From IMG/VR virus record IMGVR_UViG_3300021185_002316: DNA of 64,000 bases, one strand, 5' to 3'. How positions within the stretch are numbered: position 1 is the first letter of the stretch; each line of letters opens with the position of its first letter. The translations under genes and the position numbers were made by a program. Below the pieces are notes generated by a model. The model made no database searches and had not been told where the DNA came from. It worked only from the letters and a program-made list of their open reading frames with translations. This document shows positions 39,301 through 47,593 of this stretch, piece by piece. The stretch comes from an uncultured virus (IMG/VR IMGVR_UViG_3300021185_002316). Taxonomy: Duplodnaviria; Heunggongvirae; Uroviricota; Caudoviricetes.

Positions 39301-40628
39301 TAGATCTTAAAAACTCTAATAAAGATATACGAGATTTCTATACGTCGAAAGCGTTAGAAATGATACAGCTTGGAAAGTCTAAAGATGAAATCGTGTATAC
39401 GCTAAATAAATATGACAATTTTGTAAGTATAAGTCAAATACATAATGTTGTAGTAAATGATTCAAGCATTGCTAGCAGAGTTAGCGGGCTATTTCAAGGA
39501 CCAAATAGTGTACCTAAAAGAATAAAAGCTTTACAAGAGTCTGACGAAATATCTAACCTTGCATTGGATAATTTTTTACCGCTATTAGATGTATATATAA
39601 AAGGATCTGCAAACGCTACTGTAGACGGACTAAGACTTAGAGAAGGTAAATATGATACTTATGATATTGACATGCTTAGTGAGTCTTTTGAAGAAATAAA
39701 AAGACTGCAGCCTGATTTACATCAAGATATTATTTTGTATAGCTTATTGCAATCTGGTGTAGACTTTAATCCAAATGCATTCTACTCTTTAATATCCCCT
39801 GAAGATATGTTAAGTATTACTGATGATGCTTTTACTGGGATCCGTAATTTAGATAACCCGCATAGAATTCTAGAAGGGCTGTGGAATAATTTTATGTCTT
39901 CTAATCATGATAATGGTAGAATTGTAGCTCAACGTTTTGTGGGACAAAAGAATGCTGCGCTTTTAGGGGCGATGGCTAAAGGGACTCTTAGTGAAAAGAT
40001 GTTAAGTAATTTAAAAGGTAATGAAGTAACGTTAACTAAAAAAGTTGGATCTGAGTATATTTCTATATTTTTTAAACGTCAAGCTCCTGGAAGCAAATGG
40101 AGACAAGCTGATAAAAAAGGTATAAAAAACATGCTAATAGAAACTTCAAACATGCAGTCTATTATAGTTAGAAACCAATTTCCTGATATTGCAGGAACGC
40201 TATCTGTTACTAATAAAGTAGCAAACATGATAATAAATGAAGAAAAAACTATGTATGCAGGACCTAAAAAAAATATAGGAAGCTATGTTTTAGATAATCA
40301 AGCAATAGTTAATATTGTTGATAAAGGATATTACGGTACAGCAAAGACTGTATTAGCTGCAATTAAAAAGAATACTAATGAAGAGATGACTGCTGCAGAG
40401 CTAGCTGAAGCTTTTGGATACAGCACACTTAAAGCAGCTAAAGCGTCTCCTAAATATGCTAAATTTTTTGCAAATAACGTTAAAAAAGGTAAAATGTATG
40501 TGTATGATTTAAATGTTGTAACTTTACCTGATAGTGAAATTTTCTTTAATGAAGAGGAAGGGGTAGAAAATCCAGAGTCTGTGTTAACAAGAGAAGAAGG
40601 AATAAACGAATCTGAATGTAATAGCTAA
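33306..40628 (+). CDS. Virion-packaged single-polypeptide two-barrel RNA polymerase (phi14:2 gp66-like)
   Basis: Catalytic GADFDIDKL (DFDID codons 37689-37703), GFRIPTEG, and upstream beta-like motifs DGGGFI, LKP, KFALFP, ESASKV; YVDGEKDP. Confidence 0.92.
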   Translation: MACTLNIYDRNSKYFEETNAALQALNPTMDGVPIYDIERLRTFLYGTSYAEHKEIRDLFFEENALDKEKPFLLLLSNLNELELVKKLQEKPEELATALENFQDFIEHKQMGQRYSTKNNKYDTLYEFLYGFYNPLESNQAAINGSVIGSGAMNVAFKTTADGKQIIVKELSNSLRQRLNQGMTTILFDIIAPQDLLDLVARKGEYKTTLNLTYGSPSSSELSVFTETVAYLTRRYNQLLTRQDNAKEGSPQFEQLERALQDLELLLGMDDDFNFVLENGVLAKKWQDIKKDHATYLRKLDIDASLAYEDQTSDDAQKDTGEINSRDSLGITPANQVNPVSRLNKQLKVILKTLPQVEKHLSASTNEYVFKMNTMGLPDGANFGKVLRTLYTALAGKPDVASMFNALSDLALKDYTYAILIERLGISSEGWGDTDIKSLSENQVEMLISFINTFNNANHTYTINNVASTGQRNTQNANMEGANRIKKSEWRQNFKALAQGPRGIIDTDVNKYVLNLDAKVQGRTVKDRLNYVGSSSKEMIENLALLGIVFTDPDSMEALADLEFESFSDAVKNIFKDVVEQEGNISDVFELDLGGRFNTLLEMDNDSTINAGTLQLRGIDNSTIYAISLKGFNDLMADSINEGSELASSLQDSPTAVNSIILNNNETLEISTMLGTVNTDDNRGIGVTNTGLGDTAVQEISSILDGRVPMIKSGNKTTHTALRIGKGSPSYNTTEKEYIERLVGYLEDEIVTAQMITHGAGKQIKGLTKRGSSLQFFNHTDFADIKSIAEGLINSSKTTRGDVQKSLETYKALIQTTFKAHIKEQKRRVKETLLEFNVISKSGKVLSNIGIDSNQLEMLERNSLNGKLTGDSLNDALFDKLAEQIVFIRDTSLHEQFKIFLGHPAVFTDLFKRTSLFIGPKKYPITDGKVLDWAEQAYPNLGNPTRYANIRSTSEVRYITRKEVTEISKYKNEYVEVLKALQKKNNLSEETYLAPILDIVEKTYGGEGVVGKYTHQDGGMEVNDGGGFIHIDFYRRVRLLTDSWNEKAEKAYQNVISGNATETDLGVLAPLKPQVVAQALEDGIDIRIGNKFALFPIHPNMTKVVGTESGQSVADSIYADMNKHNLDYMVMESASKVSPKMNSKLRFDDYIDENENYKALEDDSAVQVYSLDFFGVQMDPKDKRGKKVSVGTQILSSLLTNIFNNAKTNPRYKGDFKPGETWTQAAERYHKLNGDLVQREAQQLAAKLGFLYDKDAVASEGESKFVSIDPSITRESMRDTILDELDRREVPANMRNSIWNIFEGDNNLLNQIAEKSRLEIIINSIITNSIVQRKMNGDMVVLQSNFGLTVENKAVKQKNASEGIRGLRRLEFYRKDSKAGVALVDQETLAMEVYMPHSMREFFGKEIPEYIELTEEVKEAIGFRIPTEGLNSVEFIKIVDFLPKEYGSTIIVPSEMVAKSGADFDIDKLTLYLPNTEIIENKVQLAREVKGLSTMDFEYLATADVNAFKVLAYDLLPTTAAKKIIKQLDKIKNDTAIINGLFKAFKDHPVLKAKQASIDDLRAERLETSDIETKRELKKLERDLIKEIQEQLFTMNDNDLFDGQEFDKVKLKQFRAKSKDDILSIAKRVSNAYMKLSPEEKANKYPLLQTRQYQENQMQIFMRDVLRHPESFDQLITPVGAFGFKEIAYEISQRITGERNWVRDEVTKEYTGEQIQKELYDKLSLKNLIETTNNFYQTLGGTGIVATTATHNTKMQKYNVKFSADRATINFEKYHKSLNIGNVYSFGSDRAINAEMQQYITAYVDGEKDPFAVFVNAGKNGAAVHMLLLRLGVPLRETLFFMSQPIITDFLRMKSIYQSQSAATSDQYLSNDDIVEDLNSGKYKTTLPSENTKFSLEDLDLMLDKDTFSDQENAYQQQILNDYLHYKELAEDLRNLVTIHSYDKMTIKNGSENIWLEALEMHVENNEAFEGAMVPIEDPGSMLSYSRDAIMASTELLSEVDLKNSNKDIRDFYTSKALEMIQLGKSKDEIVYTLNKYDNFVSISQIHNVVVNDSSIASRVSGLFQGPNSVPKRIKALQESDEISNLALDNFLPLLDVYIKGSANATVDGLRLREGKYDTYDIDMLSESFEEIKRLQPDLHQDIILYSLLQSGVDFNPNAFYSLISPEDMLSITDDAFTGIRNLDNPHRILEGLWNNFMSSNHDNGRIVAQRFVGQKNAALLGAMAKGTLSEKMLSNLKGNEVTLTKKVGSEYISIFFKRQAPGSKWRQADKKGIKNMLIETSNMQSIIVRNQFPDIAGTLSVTNKVANMIINEEKTMYAGPKKNIGSYVLDNQAIVNIVDKGYYGTAKTVLAAIKKNTNEEMTAAELAEAFGYSTLKAAKASPKYAKFFANNVKKGKMYVYDLNVVTLPDSEIFFNEEEGVENPESVLTREEGINESECNS

Positions 40629-40633
40629 AATAT

Positions 40634-43600
40634 ATGTCGTGTAGGATAAACAGAGCAGAAGATGGCTCAATAGAAAGTGTAACTGATAGATTTGGACGTG
40701 AGTCTGAACTTTTTAAACAAATAAATAAAGTACTAGATAATGGAGCTAACGAGGATGTTGCCTACGCGGCATATTTAAAAGCAACGTCTATTGCTAAAAC
40801 TATGCAGTTAAGTTCAGAGCCCTCTCTTACTGGTAACGTCGTGCAAGGAATTTTAGAGAGTGTAAATGATAATTGGACTGCTTGGGAAAATGTTAGCTCA
40901 GAATTAAAAATAGCTGAAGCCCAAAGCAATCTAGAAATGTCTTTACATCATTTCCTAAACAAAGTAGGAGTAAAAGTAAGAACAGTACCTACATTACGAG
41001 ATGAAGACGGTAACGATGTAAGCGCTGCAGGTTTAGCAGATATGACTAACAGAGTTATACAATTATCTAAAGATTCTGCAGATATAAGCACTTTAAGTGA
41101 AGAAACAGCCCATTTTGTTGTAGAAATACTACGAAAAGATGATAATCCGTTGTTTAAATCTATGTACAACCTTATTGAAGGGTACCAGGAATTTAAAGAT
41201 ATTTCTAAACCAGATAGTTTCTACTTTAAGAAGTACGATGGTAATATTGATATGCTTAAGCGGGAAGCTATAGCTAAAGTCGTGACCACACATTTGGTTA
41301 ACGGAGAACAAAAAAATGAATCAAAAGAGAATGTATCGAGACTAAAAAGATGGTGGGATCGAGTTATGCAGTACATAGGAAAGATGATGGGAAAAACCCA
41401 AACAGACCCATTTACCTCAGCTGCTGAAGTAGTCTTCAACAATAACCTTGAGACATTAGTTAACATAGACCCAGTATCCGCTAAACTTACAGGTACATTT
41501 TATCAGGATCTCTCCCGTGATGAAACTTTAAAAATGTTTAAAAAGTTTGAAGGAGTTTACGGTATTAAGGATTTAGAAATAAGTAAGCTCTCATCAAAAG
41601 AGTTTAAAAAGTATTTTAAAAAGGTTGCAGGAGAAGATGAAACAATACCTAGATATGTAGGTAAAAAAAATACTCCGTATGAAGACCAGATTTTAAAGCT
41701 TAGGGGTTCAGATGCTAACTCTATTTCATTTAATAGATTAAAGCAAGATAAATTTGTTGGTGAGCAAGAAGCTAAGCGTTTAAAAAACAACGCTGATGTT
41801 AGAATGGAGTTTGGTACTCAAGGTCACTTAGTGATGGAGGATCTAGTTGGGCTAGTGTTTGAAAACAAAAGCTCTTTAGTTAGAATTATGCGGAAGCAAA
41901 AGATATTTACGGACGATCAAGTTAAAATGCTTCACAAATCCGTTTTACATCTTAAAAAAGAAACAGACGCACAACAAAGGAAAGTAGAACTTGAAGGTGG
42001 GCCTAAAGGTAAGCCAATTGTATTGCTAGAACAGTTTATTTCTGATGAAAAGCAAGGTGCAGGGGGTAAAATCGATTTACTTGTATTGTATACAGATAAT
42101 TCTGCAAGTATCTATGATTATAAATTCAAAGGTACAAATGGTAATACATCTAAATGGAATAAAAACACTAAACATTTAGAAATAACAGGAGATATGTATG
42201 CTAACTCTATAGAAGGGTATGACTCTCAATTAGGTATATATAGAGACGCTCTCTTAGGAAAGTACGGTGTAACAAAAGTTCGACAATCCCGGATAATACC
42301 TGTAGCAGTAAAGTATAAAAACAAAGATGGGTACTTGTTTCAGAGTGCGGAGCAAATAGCTGTATGGACAGGGTCTGAAGACGACAGTGTGCATATGCAG
42401 CACATACCAGTTGCTGAAGAGATGACAGGTATAGAGAGTGTCGATAAATTAATACAAGCTGAAGTACGACGTTATAGAAAATTATCTTTGAAGTTACGTC
42501 ACGCACCATTTAAAGATCGTGAAGAGCTACAGCTTAGAATGAATACATCTAGATCGATAACTAAAGATCTACAATTATCTCAAAATGTTACACATGCATT
42601 ATCAGAGGCTGCTAGATTGTTAGAGCGGGCTGAGCAAGGTATGAGTCAACAAGATCCGTTTACTTTAAACGCTAAGAATGAAAAAGTTGTAAATCCTAAG
42701 TATTTAACTGAAAAAGAACTGTTAGAGTTGTACGAAGAGCTACAACACTTTAAACATTTTACAGAGTTATATCAAGTTAGAAAAACACTTAGAGAGAGTA
42801 AGTCTGCAGCTATGAAAAAAATAGCTAAAAAACTACTTGGTGATATAGATAAAAGTGCGGGTCTTATCGGGGCTACTATAGATGGATTACGATCTGCAAT
42901 TGTTTATCGTATGGATAGTAAAGCTAAAGAGCTAGGTATTAAAAATTTTAAGTACAACAGAGCTATAGGGTATTCGTCTAGATACTTGGATATTTCAGAA
43001 CACGATAGTCCGTACAGTAGATACGTACATGAAACTATGCAAGCTGTAAATGGAGCAGCTATAAAGTTTGAGAAAAAATTACAAGAGGATATTCAGCAAA
43101 AAGAAAACGTATTAAAAAGATACGCAGACAGTGTGGGAATAACATTACAAGAGGCATTCTCAGAGTTAATAAATCCAGTGACATTTAACTTACATGCAAA
43201 GTATTCTAATGAGTTTTACATAGCAAAAGATAAAGCTATACAAGAAGGAGATTCTACTTGGATGCAGAAATACTATTCTATTAATGAAGAGTATTATAAC
43301 GAAGTGTTTACTAAGTGGAAAACAGATCAATTTAGAAGACTGAGCCAAAAATACAGTAAAGCTCCTACAGAATTAGAAAGAGCAAAACAAAATTGGTTAA
43401 AACGATATGACGTTAAGAATCATGCATCAGCGTGGTTAGATGTTGGAGGAAAATATTTTACTTTTATTAATGAAGACGCAGCTAACAAAAATAATTTTAT
43501 TACTTCAGAGTTTACTAAGATTTCTAGAACTCCAGAATTAAAAGAGTTTTATGACTTTCATGTATCTAAAATTAAAGAGTTTGAGCGTAGATTTGGTACT

Positions 43601-45580
43601 GACTTAGGGCATACATTTGTGCCTAACGTGCAAAAATCGCTAGTTGACTCATTATTAGAATCAGATAACAAATGGTCGTCTTTTACAGCGGCTATGGCAG
43701 ATAACTTTAAAGCCCGTCAGCATCAGATGGATCTATCTTATCAAGATAAAGACGGTAACCCTCTAAGACAAATACCTAGATTATATACTGCAGAACTTAC
43801 TAGCGAAGATGAGTTTGGTAATGAGGTTGTAGATAAATCTCTAAGATCTACTGAGCTTGGACGGTCTTTGTATTTACTTGGTCAAGCTGCTATACGATAT
43901 GAACTAAAAACTGAAATCGAAGATGAGTTTTTATTAATTAAAGCTATTCTAGATGATGGAGCTATTAGTGAAGTAGCTGAGAATAAAGAAGGTCGATCTG
44001 TAAAAGCAGGGTTTAATAGAGTTAAAACGTTATTCACTACGGCTAGTAGTGCAGAGCAATTTACTGATATAATTGATAATGCTTTGTATGGTGTAAATTT
44101 AAAAACTAAAGATATAGTTTCTAAAGATGGATACAGTTTAAATCGTACGTTCTTAAGTTTAAAGACATTCCACTCGATTGCAGCGCTTGGTCTCAAGACT
44201 CCAGTTGCACTTGGTGCTATGTTTTCAGGAACATTAGGTATCCATATACAAGGATCTAAAGCTTTACACTTTACAAACAAACAAGTGAGAGCCGCAGAAG
44301 CTATGTTCTTATCTAGAGATCCTAAAGTAAGAGCGGTAGTAGATTACTTCCAGTTAGCTGTATTAGATGTTTCTAATCGTAGAGCAGATATGCTTTCTTC
44401 TAGTTATAGAGCTAAATACTTAACAGGAGATAGATGGTTTGAATTCTTAGCACAAGCAGATAAAGTAGTTGATTCTATATTAGGTGTAGCTATGGCTCAA
44501 AACCACGGATTTGATTCTAACGGTAAATTAAAAAGATTATCTCAACTTCCTAAAGGTACTAAGTCTTTACTAGATAGTATGGAAATCACAGATAATGAAA
44601 ATTATGAGCCTGGCACAAACATGGATAAGTATACTGTTAAGATACCAGGGGAAACTGATAGCGCTTATAATAGCTTTAGAGCTAGACATAAAAAACTAAG
44701 TACAAAGATTAAAGGTACGGCCCACCCTGAAGCAGTTACTACAGCGGGCATGTCGTTAATTAACAGATTCTTCCTACACTATAGATCTTGGTTACCAGGA
44801 CTAGCTAATGAAAGGTTTTCAGGACTTAAGTTTGATAACGTTCTTGATCATTGGGATCAAGGTACGTGGAGAGGATTTTTTGGTAATTTTGGTCCAGATC
44901 AAGAGTTTGATGATTTTAACCAATTAGTTACAGCTGAGTTAGGAGCTTTAGAATATGCTAGCACAGTTTTAGTAGATATAGGGAAGATAGCTCTCGACAT
45001 TAGTACGTTTGGATTAACTTCCGCGCATAAGACTAAAGAAGGTAAAGCGAGAATACAGTTTGAGCAGTACATTCAGGATCAATCTATGAATGAAGAGTTC
45101 AAATATGACACAGCAGAAGAGAAAGAAGAAGCATACCAACAATTTTTAGAAATGAAACGTGGAAATCTCAGAGGAGCTATGGCGGAGTTAAGAGCTGTAG
45201 TTATGCTTTTAATGTTAATGATGATGCTTGGCGGAGACTGGGATGAAGATGGTAAAATTGATATACGCCAAACTTACGTAGGTAGAAAAATGTATAACAT
45301 ATTAAGTAGAGTGTATAGAGAAACTGCTGTATTTTGGGATCCAACAGAGATGACTGGTCCTAGATCTACAGGTATCCCGTTACTTGGGTTGATACAAGAT
45401 GGAATTAAACTAGTACGTAATACATCTGATGAGCTTTGGGATAGAGTAACTGGACGTCAAGGCGTAGAAAAGAATGACCGAGTTGAGGCAGGGTACTATA
45501 CGTTTAAACTTGCTCCAGGATTAGGTGGTTTAGCTAAAGCTCTTGAAATTTATCCTCAGCATAAACAGTCTAAAACTTAA
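40634..45580 (+). CDS. Giant ejected cargo protein with degenerate zincin and PD-(D/E)xK nuclease-like domains
   Basis: LSEETAHF...REAIAK...RWWDR (zincin-like); GTQGH...E...GKIDLL...IYDYK...QLGIY (nuclease); hydrophobic C-terminal segment. Confidence 0.7.
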   Translation: MSCRINRAEDGSIESVTDRFGRESELFKQINKVLDNGANEDVAYAAYLKATSIAKTMQLSSEPSLTGNVVQGILESVNDNWTAWENVSSELKIAEAQSNLEMSLHHFLNKVGVKVRTVPTLRDEDGNDVSAAGLADMTNRVIQLSKDSADISTLSEETAHFVVEILRKDDNPLFKSMYNLIEGYQEFKDISKPDSFYFKKYDGNIDMLKREAIAKVVTTHLVNGEQKNESKENVSRLKRWWDRVMQYIGKMMGKTQTDPFTSAAEVVFNNNLETLVNIDPVSAKLTGTFYQDLSRDETLKMFKKFEGVYGIKDLEISKLSSKEFKKYFKKVAGEDETIPRYVGKKNTPYEDQILKLRGSDANSISFNRLKQDKFVGEQEAKRLKNNADVRMEFGTQGHLVMEDLVGLVFENKSSLVRIMRKQKIFTDDQVKMLHKSVLHLKKETDAQQRKVELEGGPKGKPIVLLEQFISDEKQGAGGKIDLLVLYTDNSASIYDYKFKGTNGNTSKWNKNTKHLEITGDMYANSIEGYDSQLGIYRDALLGKYGVTKVRQSRIIPVAVKYKNKDGYLFQSAEQIAVWTGSEDDSVHMQHIPVAEEMTGIESVDKLIQAEVRRYRKLSLKLRHAPFKDREELQLRMNTSRSITKDLQLSQNVTHALSEAARLLERAEQGMSQQDPFTLNAKNEKVVNPKYLTEKELLELYEELQHFKHFTELYQVRKTLRESKSAAMKKIAKKLLGDIDKSAGLIGATIDGLRSAIVYRMDSKAKELGIKNFKYNRAIGYSSRYLDISEHDSPYSRYVHETMQAVNGAAIKFEKKLQEDIQQKENVLKRYADSVGITLQEAFSELINPVTFNLHAKYSNEFYIAKDKAIQEGDSTWMQKYYSINEEYYNEVFTKWKTDQFRRLSQKYSKAPTELERAKQNWLKRYDVKNHASAWLDVGGKYFTFINEDAANKNNFITSEFTKISRTPELKEFYDFHVSKIKEFERRFGTDLGHTFVPNVQKSLVDSLLESDNKWSSFTAAMADNFKARQHQMDLSYQDKDGNPLRQIPRLYTAELTSEDEFGNEVVDKSLRSTELGRSLYLLGQAAIRYELKTEIEDEFLLIKAILDDGAISEVAENKEGRSVKAGFNRVKTLFTTASSAEQFTDIIDNALYGVNLKTKDIVSKDGYSLNRTFLSLKTFHSIAALGLKTPVALGAMFSGTLGIHIQGSKALHFTNKQVRAAEAMFLSRDPKVRAVVDYFQLAVLDVSNRRADMLSSSYRAKYLTGDRWFEFLAQADKVVDSILGVAMAQNHGFDSNGKLKRLSQLPKGTKSLLDSMEITDNENYEPGTNMDKYTVKIPGETDSAYNSFRARHKKLSTKIKGTAHPEAVTTAGMSLINRFFLHYRSWLPGLANERFSGLKFDNVLDHWDQGTWRGFFGNFGPDQEFDDFNQLVTAELGALEYASTVLVDIGKIALDISTFGLTSAHKTKEGKARIQFEQYIQDQSMNEEFKYDTAEEKEEAYQQFLEMKRGNLRGAMAELRAVVMLLMLMMMLGGDWDEDGKIDIRQTYVGRKMYNILSRVYRETAVFWDPTEMTGPRSTGIPLLGLIQDGIKLVRNTSDELWDRVTGRQGVEKNDRVEAGYYTFKLAPGLGGLAKALEIYPQHKQSKT

Positions 45581-45592
45581 GATAACTAGCAT

Positions 45593-45622
45593 AAAAAAGG
45601 GGGCACCTAAGCCCCTTTTTTT
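45593..45622. terminator. Bidirectional intrinsic terminator between the convergent gene blocks
   Basis: AAAAAAGGGGGC-ACCTAA-GCCCCTTTTTTT: GC stem flanked by an A-tract and a T-tract. Confidence 0.85.
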
Positions 45623-46029
45623 CTATTATCAAAATTCTTATGATTATTTAATACGTATTGAATAAACATTAAATTACACATAGCATGCCCAATATGAGAC
45701 TTGCCACTTTCAGAATCTAAATCTTCTCCTTTTTGAAAGGCGATAATATGTCTAAACAAGCTCCCTAATAACTCAGTTATAAGTTGCCCTTTCTTCCAAT
45801 TATCTCTAGAATATTTAGTTTCTCCAAACATCAAGACTTCAACAAGGGGTTCAAGTGATTCGAAATCAATTTGATCCCATTCTAGTTTACCCTTATTGTG
45901 TCTATCAGCATACCGTTGTTCATCTGGCCACTCTTTTGATCGGTTTATTACACCTGGTTTATCTACGTAAGCCACAGTTTTTTCTGTAACTAGATCGTAT
46001 TTATATCTTACAAAGTTTTCTTTTGACAT
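45607..46029 (-). CDS. dATP/dGTP diphosphohydrolase domain protein (DUF5664-like)
   Basis: N.GKL.W......L..L..VL.FG..KY..DNW.KG...SL.RH.......D.ESG..H..HA.CN. Confidence 0.8.
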   Translation of the reverse strand: MSKENFVRYKYDLVTEKTVAYVDKPGVINRSKEWPDEQRYADRHNKGKLEWDQIDFESLEPLVEVLMFGETKYSRDNWKKGQLITELLGSLFRHIIAFQKGEDLDSESGKSHIGHAMCNLMFIQYVLNNHKNFDNRKKGA

Positions 46030-46766
46030 CTGTATGTGTTTGAATTAAAAGTTTCGTCTTCAAAGTTAATAATACTTAGCAATTCTGCATTTGGATGCAA
46101 TTTTACACCTAGTTTAAAACTTAACCGTTCGCGGCGTTTTGCGTCTTTATATAGAATTTGACCTATCTCACTATTAGTTGTCAGCCCATGAAATGTTAGT
46201 ATATCATTTTTATAACCAGTCGACAATTTAGAATACCCACCTTGTATAAGCTGTGTATAATCTTCTTCGTATTCTGTAGGTATATCAAATACAAACATAA
46301 CAGTTTGAGTGTCAGGATCATATGTCTTTCTAAAATTTGGAAACTCACTAAGTGTTTTCTCAAATTTTATAAACATTGGGTCTCCCGACCATCTATATAG
46401 TAATGCAATGCAATGTGAATCATTATCTGTTGCAATAAAACAATTCATAAACAATCTATCCCAAAAAAAGTCTGATCTTTTTCCACCTAACATTGGAAAT
46501 AAAAAAGTAGAAGATTTAGTTTTCTTAGCGGTAGATAGTACATAAATGGTACGACCATTTATTACTTTCTCTTCGATAATATTAACTCTATATCTTTGCT
46601 TTTGGACCTCCAAAGTTAGCCCCAGCTCTATTGAGCTAGTGGGGCTTTGTAAGGAAATTATCTTTCCATTCTCTACTTGGGGGGTTAGAACTTTGGTTCC
46701 GCCTGTAATACTAAATGATAATGCATCAGTAGGCGTGTAGATTAGTTTATTGCAAGTTACTGCCAT
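46008..46766 (-). CDS. Hypothetical protein
   Basis: 252-aa ORF overlapping both neighbours; no motif recognised. Confidence 0.6.
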   Translation of the reverse strand: MAVTCNKLIYTPTDALSFSITGGTKVLTPQVENGKIISLQSPTSSIELGLTLEVQKQRYRVNIIEEKVINGRTIYVLSTAKKTKSSTFLFPMLGGKRSDFFWDRLFMNCFIATDNDSHCIALLYRWSGDPMFIKFEKTLSEFPNFRKTYDPDTQTVMFVFDIPTEYEEDYTQLIQGGYSKLSTGYKNDILTFHGLTTNSEIGQILYKDAKRRERLSFKLGVKLHPNAELLSIINFEDETFNSNTYRCQKKTL

Positions 46767-47527
46767 AGCTCGGAGTCTTTATTGGTTTCAAATTTATGTA
46801 GCACTAGCTCTGGTAGCTTGATCCCGGTTTCTCTTTCGAGTTCCTCCTCAGTTTTGAGGATGTAGACCAATCTGAATGTCTCTGTAAATTTAAGAATTCC
46901 TTCGTGTATACCAAATTTTTCTATATATTTATTTAGTACAATTTTAGGATAATCTCCCATACATTCGTCATTCAACCACAGTGCGGCTGTCTTTTCACCA
47001 ACTTTCGGTATTCCTGGTATCCCATCTGTAGGGTCACCCATAAGCATTTGCTTCCATAAGAACAGTAAGCCTTCCGCAGGGGTAGTCTCAATCCATTCTG
47101 CTGTTCGATAATTATAATGCTTGCCAGGCAGCTGCTTTAACACATCTTTATCTGGACTACACACTACAATCCTTGCCCAGTCAGGTGGATTGTGTGCATA
47201 CATGCATACTAAGTCATCAGCTTCTACTTCTGTTAAATACGTACATTTCCAAGTTTGTTGTAAATATTCTTTTAATGCATAAAATATAATCGGTCTATCT
47301 GTCTTCTTGCGGTTTCCTTTGTATTTTCGTGTTTCTGCTCTATCATATCTAAAGCACCTTCCTACTGTCAAAAATCCAGCAAAATCAGTGGCTTTAGTCT
47401 CTCTTAGGATAGTTGTCATCCTATCATCAATACCTGCTATAGCTTCTTCTAGAGTAGGCTTGTTCATTTCAAAATAAATCAAGCTGTCTGCATCTATAAG
47501 AGCTGTAGTCGTTGAAACCTTTTCCAT
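46757..47527 (-). CDS. 5'-3' exonuclease / flap endonuclease (T7 gp6 / PolI-N-like)
   Basis: LIDADS, YKGNR, EADD, SPDKD, GDPTDGIPGIPKVGEKTA (H3TH). Confidence 0.9.
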   Translation of the reverse strand: MEKVSTTTALIDADSLIYFEMNKPTLEEAIAGIDDRMTTILRETKATDFAGFLTVGRCFRYDRAETRKYKGNRKKTDRPIIFYALKEYLQQTWKCTYLTEVEADDLVCMYAHNPPDWARIVVCSPDKDVLKQLPGKHYNYRTAEWIETTPAEGLLFLWKQMLMGDPTDGIPGIPKVGEKTAALWLNDECMGDYPKIVLNKYIEKFGIHEGILKFTETFRLVYILKTEEELERETGIKLPELVLHKFETNKDSELWQ

Positions 47528-47540
47528 CTTTTCTAATTTT

Positions 47541-47575
47541 AAAGTAAAGATAAAGGGGCACTAGGCCCCTTCATC
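47541..47575 (-). terminator. Intrinsic terminator-like hairpin downstream of rIIB
   Basis: Minus strand GATGAAGGGGC-CTAGT-GCCCCTTTATCTTTACTTT. Confidence 0.65.
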
Positions 47576-47593
47576 AACCAATTTAACACACAG

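Noticed and set aside
1504..44280. Minus-strand ORFs inside the structural block (e.g. 34892-35518, 32785-33273, 21534-21995, 13035-13442)
   Set aside because: Antisense shadows of long + strand genes, with Ser/Leu/Phe-rich mirror composition and no motifs
45607..46029. Calling this a Z-genome (2-aminoadenine) phage
   Set aside because: No PurZ in the window; the hydrolase alone is insufficient evidence
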